From Eremomyces bilateralis CBS 781.70 (Eukaryota): 64,000 nucleotides of DNA. The position numbers were made by a program, and so were the translations under genes. The notes under the pieces were generated by a model that saw nothing but the letters and a program-made list of their open reading frames with translations, was not told the origin of the DNA and did not search any database. Below are positions 38,650 to 50,700 of the stretch, one piece after another (position 1 is the first letter of the stretch; each line of letters opens with the position of its first letter). The stretch is from assembly GCA_010015585.1 (NCBI GenBank), contig ML975152.1. One strand, given 5' to 3'.

Positions 38650-40692
38650 CTCTCTTCTATATCGAGATGTATAAGCCTATCAGGCGTCATCTTCTGCTTC
38701 TGTTTCTTCTGCTTCTTCTAGATTCTACAGACTACAGCCGCACAGGGATTATTAACATTGCAGGTTCTACCTAACTGCGGACTAACTCCTAAGCCCTTCC
38801 ATAGACTCGTAATGTTCATAGAACAGAGCCAGGGAGAGCAGCCTTAGAGAGAGTTAGAGGCGACAAGGTCGAAGCACTGGTCGGCGGTGCGCTGTGCGGA
38901 TGTTCAACCCTAATTATTATCGACGGATTGGTCTTTTATGGCCCAGTTAAACCTGTTTCCAAGCCTGGACCTAGTTCAACTGGATGATGGATTTGCTGCT
39001 AGGACGAATCACGAACCCCTCGAAATATGAACAAGCTATTGAAGCCTCAATATTAATGGGTACAACGGCTTCTGTTCATCCTGACCATTAAACACTTGGT
39101 ACAGTTATGGATTGAATATAAACTAATGATACCTCTAGATCTAATGTGCGGTTCGTATTGTTACCGGTTTATGTATCATATCTGCTCCCTCTCCTGCTCC
39201 TTCCAATTCCCTTGCGCGCTTCCTAGTTTGGCTTGGAAAGTCGGAATGAATGAAATGGGAGTACGATGTCGCTACTTACTCCACCAATTAGCGGTCCGTG
39301 CTTCATCCCGCGCTTGCCTTCTTTGCTTCACTTCCCCGGCTTCCCTGCCTGCTCATTTCTCCAAATCTCTGCTCAGTGCTCGCATTGTCCTCTCCCCATG
39401 CCAACAGCCAATATTCAATAATGGTATGTATGGAATATTCTTAAGCATTATCCTTTGCTCCTTCCTGATCTGGTATTATGATGATATCCCAACCCCTTCT
39501 GCGTTGGCTTGCTGTAACTCAGGTACGTGTCTATGCAGTATTATGCAGCTCGCCCTGACAGTGCCGTATTATCCCTGAATCGTGAATTCCCTTTTGGATT
39601 TGCCCGACTTTGCTTCGATGTTAGTAAAACGGGGTTTCATTCTTATTTCTCCGGGTTTCCCCCCTCCGGCTTTTCCATCTGACGCCCCGGCACACCGGAT
39701 CCCCTCCCTGCATTTCTTCACTCCTTCTGGACTTCTAGTCTTATGGCTGAATTCAACGGAACAGCCCGAGTTGAATGCCGCTCATCTGGCCGCAGTTTGT
39801 ACCGTCAACGGTGACACCACTAAGCACCGACACCATCACAACCGCGATCTGCAGGCTGCAGCGGTACAGCGCCTCCCATTCTGCAGGAATAAAACGATTC
39901 TTTTTCCATTCCCACCGATATACCCAAATCAGGTAATATTCCGTACGTCCCTTGATACCTATGACCGCGGAGCCCAGATTCCCAACCCCGAGCCCACAGC
40001 AACATCCATCCCCTGCCCGTCACAATGCAAGGAAATAGAGGGCGTGAATGGTCTGCAATCACATCGGTGATTGGACAGTTCCACCGACTTTAATTTGACC
40101 CGCACTGTGTTCGGTCGAATGGTCGTGCCCGCATCAATCATCAGTCATGTTCGCGGGTTTGCCGCAGGTCCGCTGCTCGAGCCGAGAATTAAAGGTCCGT
40201 ACCACCATGTAATATGGCAATTGGGGCATTGACATACCACAGTCCTACTAATAATGATGGGTTCCCCCGCTGTGTATTAAACGCGGAACACTATTCCATG
40301 AAGCCGTTTCATCAATGACCCTCTCGATGAGGCATGATAAGTCCCGATTTGGTGTATCGAGCTTCGTATCGGGCCTTGCAGCCTCCATCCCATTGCCAGG
40401 ACGATTTCTCATTATTAGGGGAATCAAAAAACACCGGTATTTCGGCACTGGTGACGACTCTGAGCGCAGCGCCCGATTCCGTGTGGTCAACGTGTTTCGA
40501 GCTATTCGTAATCAATATCTCCGTTGATAGGGTTCTGCATTGTCAAAAGACCCGAGGCTTTGTGTCTGCCTGCCTGGCCTCCGACGCGCTGGTAAACGAT
40601 GCGAGTCATTCCCAGCGCATCTGGTAGATGAACTTTTGGGGACCAATCCCGGTTCCGTGAAATCATATCGATCCCGATGTGGTGGATTGGTC
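38650..40692 (+). ncRNA. TER: Candidate telomerase RNA (TER/TR), ~2.04 kb; ends approximate
   Basis: Template AACCCTAA 38906-38913. Template-boundary helix 38734-38745/38892-38903. Pseudoknot: P2 39630-39635/39684-39689, P3 39638-39650/40031-40050. Core-enclosing helix 38728-38734/40049-40055. P6 40530-40553. P6.1 AGGC-TTTGT-GTCT 40555-40567. Sm-like AACTTTTGG 40631-40639. Terminal hairpin 40641-40649/40684-40692. No credible ORF. Confidence 0.82.
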
Positions 40693-41364
40693 ATGGACGA
40701 CGGAGGTCGTGGGCGTGCATGCCGAGTTTGTAAACCATGTCAAGGCCATGATGGACGTCCTGGGCCCGATCGGGACTGCTTTGAGGTGATATGGCTGCAC
40801 GTCGATGATCTGCACAACTGCTACTGGTGGCATTCGGTATCAGGTGCCCGCATTGGTAATCCCGTGTGTCTCTATAGTTCTACAGAGCAGTCAGCAGGTG
40901 CCAGGTATATGCAATATATGATCCACAAGCCGATATCCGACATGAGTGAACATCCGAATGCCTTGCATGTGCCTGAACATCATGGGTCACGTGCAAACGC
41001 GTCTTGGAGAGATTATTATGGGTCCTGCATCACGTCTTTCTCGCGCCCGCTGCGCTGCGTTGCCATCAGAGGTGTGAATAAAGTTGGAATACTATGTATA
41101 ACAGTATTGCAGATACTGTATGGATAATGGCTTTGCCACTGGCTCTGAAGTCACTCTATGTCTACAGCATTTCTCCAGTCCCAGCCCTGCCGATCAAGGT
41201 CTGAATTGCCTCATCCAATTCCACATACCAGTAACCATTTTGTAGAGCACAGGACGCTCTATCTCTTGAATGCATCTCCGGGTTTGACTACGCCCCCAAA
41301 CTCTGTCCGGCTATCACCTATCATTGGATGCTTATACTGAAATAACAGCTCCTCTCCTGTCACG

Positions 41365-43676
41365 ATGGGACGCAAACTACGAAGCCAAAAGCGCCAGACC
41401 CGCCTCACCTTTGATCCTGTGCCTGCAGATCACGAGGTGCTGGCTGCCGCTCATCCCGCTACTCGGAAACGAGCGGCGTTTGTTGGATATGAAGGCTCAC
41501 CTGTGAAGAGGCGAAGGGTGGATGCATGGGAAGCAGGAGACGATCATAAAGAATCAAGCGATAGCCCGAACTTGCATGGTGAGTGATACCTGTACCTGTT
41601 CAAGCTCAATATATGCCTATCCTCGCGTCCGTCTCTAACACAGGCTGGAGAAGTCTGTTGAGGAAATCCATTTGAGTTTCACATGTTTATATATCCCATC
41701 AGTAAATCCAAGTCTGTGGCTCACTTTTGACTTTTCAGAAAACGACATCTCCAAGAATTCCAGAGATAGTCCTAAACAGCCACCCCAAAACTCATCACCT
41801 TTGCCTAAGGATGACTCTGACGGGATGGTTGCACCTCCAAGAACAATTGCTCTACGAAACCATCGCCGAAAATCTCAAAAGCAACTGCATTTCGCCGAAG
41901 ACGGTCCGCTAGAGAAACCGAGAGAGCCAGCAACCATACCATGGAGCAGCTCACCAGCGACTCGTCAGGCCCGGGAATCACGTGCGGGTTTCTTTGGTTC
42001 AGATGCACCAGTGATTAAGAGCTCTTGGAAGGCTCGTCGTCGTTTGCTGGATAGTGATGACGAGGACGATACTGAGGGTGAGGGTTGCAGAAAACGGATT
42101 CCGGATGAGTCCGATCACTCGGATGGGTCCGAAGAATCAAGGCCCTCGAATCAAAAGAGCAAAGGGAAACAGAAAATGAAGCAGAGTTCGAAGCATGGTT
42201 CAGATGCAGCAGGGGATGGGGATTCCGATACGGGCCATGATGAAGCTGATGACGATGTCCCCTCGTTAAAGAGGAGCCGGAGTGCCGTAGCTGTGAATCC
42301 CGAAGAGGTTTCAAGCGACGAGGATGATATTCCAGTGCGCTCCTCAGCATTGAAACGCCGTCAAGTCTTCCGTCGTCCTTCTTCCCCTGTCCAGGTTAAC
42401 TCTGACTCCGACGAGGAAGAAGTGGAAGAGGAGGATGACTCGGACGTGCCCCGAAGTGCAAGAAGGCGAGGCACCAGGCTATCAAAACAGCCACGACCTA
42501 GTCTGCGAGAGCTATGGGAGGAAGCGGATTTGGCCGAGGATCTCGAATTTCTTGAGTCTTCGCCTCCTCCAGCGCCTCACAGTCGTGGTGCGCGGTCATC
42601 ACAGGCAACGCCGAAGAAAAGCAAGAAGTTATCTGCCCTCGAAGAGCTTCGTCGGCGCCGACAGAGGCAAATTGAGCCAAGTGCAAACTTGCCAGTACCT
42701 CTCGTCGACGAAGACGAAGATGAAGGCTTGGAAGAGGAAGAGGACGCGGAAATTGTCGACTACAATGGAGAAGACGATGTTGATGAAGAGGATTTCATCG
42801 TCGAAGACGATCCCGACGATCCGCTTGGCGCGCCTGAGATGCCCTTGCAATTCACCAGAATGGGCACCGCAAAGGCCAAAGACTTATTCCAGCATGCGGT
42901 TGCTTGGATGGTGCATAAGAAATTGAACGCCCGATTCCGCATGGACGATGAAATCTATCAGCTCACCTTCCGTAAACTCAGCGACGAAGTCAAGGGTCTG
43001 GCTGGCAGTAAGTTTATGAGCTCGATCTGGAGACCCGATTTCACTCGAGCATTGCGCTCTCGGCCAGGAATTATCATGGAAAACGTGGGCATCGAGGCTA
43101 TGGCGCATTGTGAAGCCTGCAATCGAAAATCCCACCCAGCGACTTGGACCGTCCGTTTCGAGGGCAAGCCTTATGACCCGGAGACTCTCGACGAGCTCTA
43201 CCTCAAAGACAGTAGCTCAAGTTCTGAAGATGACGAGGAAGGATCGAATGAACAACGGAAAATGAAGGCTCGAGGGCCTGATTACGATGCACAAGGCAAC
43301 GAACTCCCTCCCGAGCGGAAGTTATTCTACGTGGGCGTCCACTGCAAAGCCAATGCGACCACGGCGCATACACTGACGCACTGGAAAATCCACCTCTACG
43401 AATGGGTGGTGGACTACTTGGCTCAGAAGGGTCATTTAGCCGCCGAGAAGATCGTCGACCGTGATTCCTGGAGCGACCGAAAGAAGGAGAAGTTCGCGAA
43501 CCGGGTTGCGAAAGGGATGGTGGACGATGGCGAGGTGAAGAGGCTGTATCGCGATTTCCATCATAATGTGGACGATGCGCGGGATGCAAAGGTAAATCTT
43601 CAAGATCATGTTTACCCCGAGTCGTCGCACCGGTGCTAACAGTTGCTAGCAACAATACGGCCGCTGGGGACACTGA
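41365..43676 (+). CDS. Acidic, disordered nuclear-type protein with C-terminal DUF4211-like domain; multi-exon (5' exon structure uncertain)
   Basis: MGRKLRSQKRQTRLTFDP start, DFIVEDD, AGSKFMSSIWRPDFTRALRSRP, CEACNR, FYVGVHC...HTLTHWK; last exon QQYGRWGH*. Confidence 0.7.
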
Positions 43677-44787
43677 TGGCAGCTCAGCATCGTGGGCGTC
43701 CACATTGAGCGATGATATGCAGCATGCATGGATGGGCGAGACGTGGGTCTTACGGATTCTATATCGCACTATTTGGGCATTGATGAAGCTCATGATCGTC
43801 ACGAGAATACGATGATATCCCCTGCCTAAACATCTACCCCATCCCCACACGCCGATCTGAGTAATTCGAATCTCATGTCGCTGTTCAGCTCAACAGAGTG
43901 AGCATCATCCATCCAGCACTGAAATCCTTAAATGACGTCACACACTCGTACCCCAGTTCTGCAATCTCCATGCTGTAATTGTGAGCGACAGATCGTAAGA
44001 TGAAAGCGAGCTTAGGTATTTCCGTTTAAGGCATCTTGTCCTCGTATCCTGAAGCATTGGTGCTTCTGCTTCGCATCTTCCTAGTAATACCATTAGAGAA
44101 ACTCCGACATTGTACCCTATCCAAGCAGAAGTAATACTTAACCGGGACAACTTAAATATTTACTTTTTTTTTACTACACCGATTTGTACCAATTACCAAA
44201 ACAGGAAACCGTATTAGCTAGTTATCCAAAGTTACAATGGGAAACGACGCTGACCAGCCGCCACTTCAATACATTCCGATCCCTTCCATGAGTCAGGAGT
44301 GGGGTGTGATGCTCGGTTTCATAGGTAAATTCCCGACCCTGCACCAAGCGTCGTCTCGATCCGACTTAATCTAATTTCGGTGTGCCAGGTCTGCTAATCA
44401 CTAGCCTGGTTGTATATATCGTCTTCTGGCGCCTTGGAGAAAGGCAAAGGAAGCGAAAGGAAGCGAAGCGTGTCGCCGATCTACGGGCGAGGGGCATCTT
44501 GAGAGACGAGAAGTAGGGTGTCGCTGTCACATATTGAGGCTGCCGTGAGGAAGTCCGAAGCCGCTACGCTATGAATTGAGCAAAAATAAATGAATGGAGA
44601 GGGTCGGGAAATAGATGCCGCGGCTCGTTTCGCCCAATGTATCTCGCGAAAATGGCAACTTGCCATACTATGTCCATGCAACTGAGTCGATATTTCTGAA
44701 AACAGCCGAAGGATTCAATGCTGATGGGTATCTAACTGATTACTGCCTCCAAGATCGCCGAAGAACGAAACGTAAAGTTAAATCCCA

Positions 44788-47700
44788 CTATGCATATGGA
44801 GCCCAGCCGGCAAATAAGACGGCAAGGTTCTGTGCATCCGTCGCTTGCTGGATTAGCTCATTTACAGTCGCCGCAACGCTCAAGTCTTTGGTGAGCTTCT
44901 TTTCGACGGCAGATAAAGCTCTACTTGCCTCTCCGGCCTCGTCCGGTTTGTTGGACGATGACTCAGTCACCCCTCCCAGCGGGCCGACTTGGTCCTCGAC
45001 TTCTTCCTCATCCTGCACTCGTTTGGCTTTCAAAGGCGATATCGTCCAGCTGTACAGGGGATCATAGCGAAGCACGTTGAGAAGTGTCATGATACTTCCT
45101 TTCTCCTCCCGAAGCGCATCAAGCGTAAACTCGCAACAACGCCTGAACACGCCCTCGGTCTTTGTATAGCCCATCGCATCTACGATGTCCCGAGTCAGTC
45201 GGAATGGAACCACTTCAGGAATGGGCAGGACACGTCCCGCCTCGAATGCCACTCCAAGGTCGATATGGACGACCTCGCCCGTCTTTGAGTCGAGAAGAAT
45301 GTTCTGAAGATGACGGTCGCCTAGGCCTAAAACATGCCCAAGTATGGATATGGCAGCGGTAGTCCGGGTGTAGGCGAGTCGCTTTTCGAACCACTCATCC
45401 GGGTCGGAATAATTTTCAAAGAAGAAATGTCGGAGAACCGGATGGTATCGATCCGCTACGTCTTGATAAGCTTTCAGCCTGGATTTTGGATCGCTGCCCG
45501 TAGCCTCGTGGACCCGCTTCCGGCATTCGGAAGCCTTTATGTCTTTGGGGTAATACCGTTCATGCGCTGGCGCAAGGAAATCGTTTAGGGAGATGGTATC
45601 TTTGACGAACTCAATAACCCCGGAGCGGGGAGTGAGAGGGAGGACTTTGTAGGTCCGAATCTTGAGATTTCGCCGACGCGTATTGAAATGGTCACCGAGG
45701 AGCCTGCTAACGTGTTCAAAAACTTGCTCCATGATCGCATCTTGTCTGAGGTCATCAGAGCCTCCTTTGACCTAGCAATTTATTAACCGAGACCTCAGCA
45801 ATAATCTGTTCGGAACTTACCAGCTCTTTGAAAGTATTCCCATCCGATGTCACTGCGGTGATGATCTTTGGCGTACTAAGCCCCCCGGCTATTTTCATCG
45901 TGGTCTTGTAGCGCTCGACAACGGGAACGCTGGAATAGTCACAATCGCTGCGAACTAGGACGTTGAAGCTGGGTGGAGGAACACCAAGGGCAGGGACTGT
46001 CTTTATAAGCCTCTTTGTCGCGGAAAATCGGTCCAGAGACAGTTCTCGGCCAGGTTGCAGCTTTTCTCCACGCTCCCCGTAGATGGGATGGGACGCCTCG
46101 TGATATGCGGCATCGGAGAGATCGATGTTTGACCACGTCCGACTTGACCGTTTGTTGCCTTTCAGGAGAGCTGCGATGCGTTTCGCTGCGTTTATCTTAG
46201 ACAGTAGAATTTCGTCAGCCCCTCCAGGTTGTCCGCTCTTCCCTATCTTCTCCAACTTCGTCCCAGAATGGATGTGATGCATCGCATGGAAGGGATGATC
46301 CACGCAGATCCGAACGACCAAATCCGACAGAAGCGTCTGAAATTTGGATTGGTCCGTTTGCAGTCTCGAGGCTATTTGGTTCATGAGGAACACAAATTTC
46401 CTCGAGGGGACTTTGTCTAAGTGTTTCCCAACGGCAGTATTCGCGAGGTCCATCTCACAAAACTCGAGCCAGAGTGCAAAGAAACGGAGGACACTTAAGT
46501 CGAAGTCGTCGCATGCTGTCAGCCCAAGGAGGTAGTTCTCAAGACTCCGTACAAGAAGATTTTCTCTGCTGTCTTTGATTCTTTTGAGTTCACGAGTCTC
46601 AATGTCAGTCCATCTTCGGACAGCTACCATTTTGCTGGTGTATTCGTTTTTTGCTTTCTCAACCTTTGGGGTCTTCATGAGATCGCGATATGCCTGAATT
46701 TCTGCTTTCTGACGGTCGATGATCCTTTGGATTCGATCCATTTGTTCGGCATGATCTCCACTCTGCAACTGGCGGTCACAGAAAGTGGCGAATTGATTGT
46801 AGACTTGACCTGCGGCCGATCCCTGTGAATGTGGCCTCAAACCGTGAATCGCTGGTTGCAGGTACTCTCTGATAATGTCGTCCGGCTTCTCCAACCGTGC
46901 TTCATCCAGTTCGAATGCCTGGTCAATGATTAGCAGAAGAAGTTCGCTCGACCGGGATCCTTACCAATCGTGCAAGCAGAATTGGTCGATTCGATGCCGC
47001 ACCTTGTGACTTCCGAGCAGTTGTGCCGTTGTTTAGGTTTTGGAGCATCTGGATCGAGCTTTGGTGCTCTCCCTGGTCCCACAGAACCAAGGCCGTCTCG
47101 TACTCGATATCCGCTTGGTAATTGAGCTGCAACGCGTTGTATCGTCTTGCAATCTGATTGAGATACGCCACAGTGGAGAGAGATTCCTGTACAGCATGAT
47201 GGCTCCTGGAGACCTTCGCGGAAGCAAGCAATGAATCGAGTTCGAGTTTCTGGAGAGCCTGCCCCGACATGTGGAAATGGTCATGCAATCGTTCGTTCTC
47301 TCGAAGGGTGCTGAAGATAGTTTCACGCCGTGACATTATGGCCTGCACATCTTGAAACCTAATAAGACGCCTGTTAACGGATTCAACATATGAGTGGTGC
47401 ATCTCCTGACTTACTTAAAATCCTTCAGGAGCTCATTTCGGGACTCCATGGTCTGTTGCACTTCCGAGAATTGTTCTATTCCCTTACAGGAGGCCAGATC
47501 GTCGATCTCAGTCAAAGTTGCCAGTGCTCTTAATTGTCCATTTGCCAAGATGTCCCAGTCAAGAGAATCCAAGGCGTTCAGCGTCGTCAGGAACGCCGTG
47601 TCAATTTGCTGTTTGACGAAGCTTCCATTGGGAGCGTTGCGAAGGCCTTGAAGAACCCTATACAGTGTCGACGACTCATTTGTCGTAGACTCAGGTGCCC

Positions 47701-50700
47701 GCACGTTCCACTCCTCGAGCCGTCTAGCAGTGTTGAGGACGCTGTCCGTGAGATTCAGCTTCTGGTTTTGGAAGACGCCGGCCGTCGGTAGTACGTGGGC
47801 GAACGTCAAAAGATTCATCTGAGTTAGAGCTTTGATCGCGCCTTCGCCATCGGACTGGTCGATATGGGACCTATCCCTAACATGAGCGTCCAGGCGGGCA
47901 CCACGAAACATGAGATGTTTAAGCCCATCCTCTTCGTAATCTAGCCGCTCAATCACGGTAGAGAATCCCGGCTCCTGCTGGACACCATAGAATGAATCAG
48001 GTTCGTCTACGCCCCTGTATATTTCGAGAAGCAATTCCGACGATATTGCAGGTGGAACACCCATGGAAGACCGTCGCCCGCGGGGTTGCGGCTTCACAGT
48101 AAGCTCCGCGAGCATGAGTGCTGTGGTGAACATTCCGCACTGGGATGCTGCTTTCGATGCATCGAGGTAGTTGACATCAAGCCAGCGCACCCTGTCCATA
48201 TGCGTCAATTCGCGTGGATAGCGTTGGCGCTGGAGAAAGAGAAGAATATGGAGAAGGTTCTTCAAAATTGGCTTGCTGGGAGGGTCCATGCCGAATTGGA
48301 TTGCAAATGCCTCGGACAGAAGCTGCTTGGCTATGTTTCTGGATTCTAGCTGCTGGTGTAAAACGAGGTAAGCAAGGGATGGCAACAGTTCTTCGGACAG
48401 ACCTTCGATACGACGGAGTGCGGTCGGCATCACAGAAAGCACGCTGGTTTTGGCCGTGGACTGAACCAGCGACAAGGCGAGTCCACACGACCAAGTCGAC
48501 ACATCATGGGCACGGTCTGCGAACAATGAGGGACTTTGCATACGGGGATGCAATGACGCGTTCGGAGGTAGCATAACGCTCTCATGTGCGCTATCCATCA
48601 ATGCTTTGACAATCTCCTCGTCGAAATCCTCTTGCCAATACTCTTGTTCGGTAGCGGACAGCCAAAGACAGTTCAAAATCGATCGTAGGGTCCATTCAGC
48701 CACTCCTGCCTCGTTAAGATTGTCACTATACAGAACAGAGCCCAGTTTCTGGACAATCGCCGTCGTTGCGGGAAGTTTAAGCGTTTCCCGCTTGTGAAAG
48801 TTTGTTTGAAGCAGGCGACTAGTACCGAGCCTGAGAAAATAGGCTCGACCGAGGACTCTCGCGCACCATTGGAGGTAATTGACGGAAACCCCTTCCAATT
48901 TCGACGATTTCCACAGTTGGACGGCGTAATTGGCTGCTAACTCTTCCGATCCTAGAGCATCATCGCTTTGACGGGGCGGTGGGTCAAAGTTGCGCGTGAA
49001 GAGTCGAAGGGTCAGATTTCGTGCCGCCTCGGAGAGCATATATAGGCCGCTTCGCTCGTCTTCGAACACAGCCAGCAGGAGCCGACTTTCGGCCGAGCCC
49101 CTTTTTGCGTTGCCAACGCCACTTGCATCACAAGCCGAGCGAACAAGGGATTGAAAGTGCCCTTGGTCCGAATTCTGGTTGCCGCCGTGGTTGAGTGCGG
49201 AAAGATATGTTGTGTACCAATCGATGAATTTCTTCGTTTTCGTCTGGGTGATATTGTGTTGGCTCTCCTGGGTCGTTTGATCTTGCTTAGATACGGCGAA
49301 CTGCCGCAATTCTATGAGCGTTGTCAAGGCGATTCCAGCCGTGAATCTTAAGTTGGTACGAAGCGAAGGTGCTCCGTGGACGTACAAATATTGCACAATC
49401 CCGATTGCGTCGTCCGCACAATGCCCATTCACAAGAAATGGCCGAAGAGCATGTAAGGTCATTTCCAAAGGATATCCATGTAAGGCAGAATCTCCGGCAA
49501 AGCAGATCGCTAGTCTGATGCGTCGCAACATTGAAGCGAAATATAACGGCCCCAAGCTTTTGTGTAACTTGTTCAACATCATTCGGAGGACAACCACGAA
49601 TGTTTGTGGGGACCAACTCCTTTTCGCGTCTCGTGAGCCACGGCGGCACATTCGATCGGTTTCTTCCATTAAGAACTGAGTTGGAAAGTCCGGTTGCATC
49701 GCCATCCCCAGGACGCTCTCTGCGTGACTGAACTCCATCATCTCGCTCAGGGCGCCGTATACCCTTTCGTTATTCTTCTGCTTCGCAAGGATCGTCCGTA
49801 TATCACTTTCGTCCCGGACAAGGCATAGAACATGCCCAAGGACTTGTGGAAAGGATTCCCGCACCATTCCCAGGTACTCCGACTTGCCAAGGACCAGCAT
49901 CAACTGATTCTCCATGCTTTTCGGCCCTTTAAGTCCTCGTGCCGTGTCGTGGGCGATCGTATAGGCCGCGGAACGCGCAAAGTTCTTGATCAACATCTCC
50001 TTTTCTGAGCGTTTACAGCAGGCTTGGAGAAGTTCTAAAGAAGGACGGTGAGCTCGTAGGTAAGCCTGTGCGACGGCCTCATCTTCAACGTCGTGCAACA
50101 AGTCACATAAGCCGTTGTATCCGAAGGATGAATGAGGTATCTCGCTTAGCTCATGCGAAGCCGACATCCATGCGAATAGAATTTGCGGTGCGAAAAGTCG
50201 AAACAGCTCTTTCGGGCTCTCCAGCATCAAATTGCGAGACATGTCTGCAAGGCACTGCGTTGCATGTCCGTCGGAGCCGTCGACCATCGCTGCTGTTTCG
50301 AAAATATGATAAACACAGCGACGGAGAAGCGTGTGCCATGATGAGCCGAGTTGGCATAGCACAAGCAGCCGCATAGCAATGCCTTCCATGTGATCCTTGT
50401 CGGATGGCAGGTTTGCTTGTATGTCGTCGAATATGGCTTCGTGGTTTGCCAACGTGAACAAGTTGAACATGCTTGCGATTTGATTGGCAATCTGGAATTT
50501 GATTGGAACCTCAGCCTCATCCAGGAGACTGAAAACTGACGTCCGAACGGACGGCAATCCTTGCTTCTGGCCCATGTCGGGTTGAAACTGCATGAGGCGG
50601 AATAGTAGGCGTGCAATGATTGAATGAGCATTCGCGGACACGATCTTAGCCTTTAAGGCCTTTGAAACGATCCATTCATGGATACTCTCACCCAAGTCGT

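Noticed and set aside
39478..39580. ATGATGA ... CTGA as a possible box C/D snoRNA
   Set aside because: No recognisable rRNA guide and only a weak terminal stem; it lies inside the TER candidate.
39096..41127. ORFs 39096-39578, 39582-40070 and 40540-41127
   Set aside because: Non-ATG starts, atypical composition and no motifs; they overlap the better-supported telomerase RNA structure.
44281..44346. Sequence ending ...CCCTGCACCA resembling a tRNA 3' end
   Set aside because: No matching acceptor stem and no T-loop or D-loop consensus.
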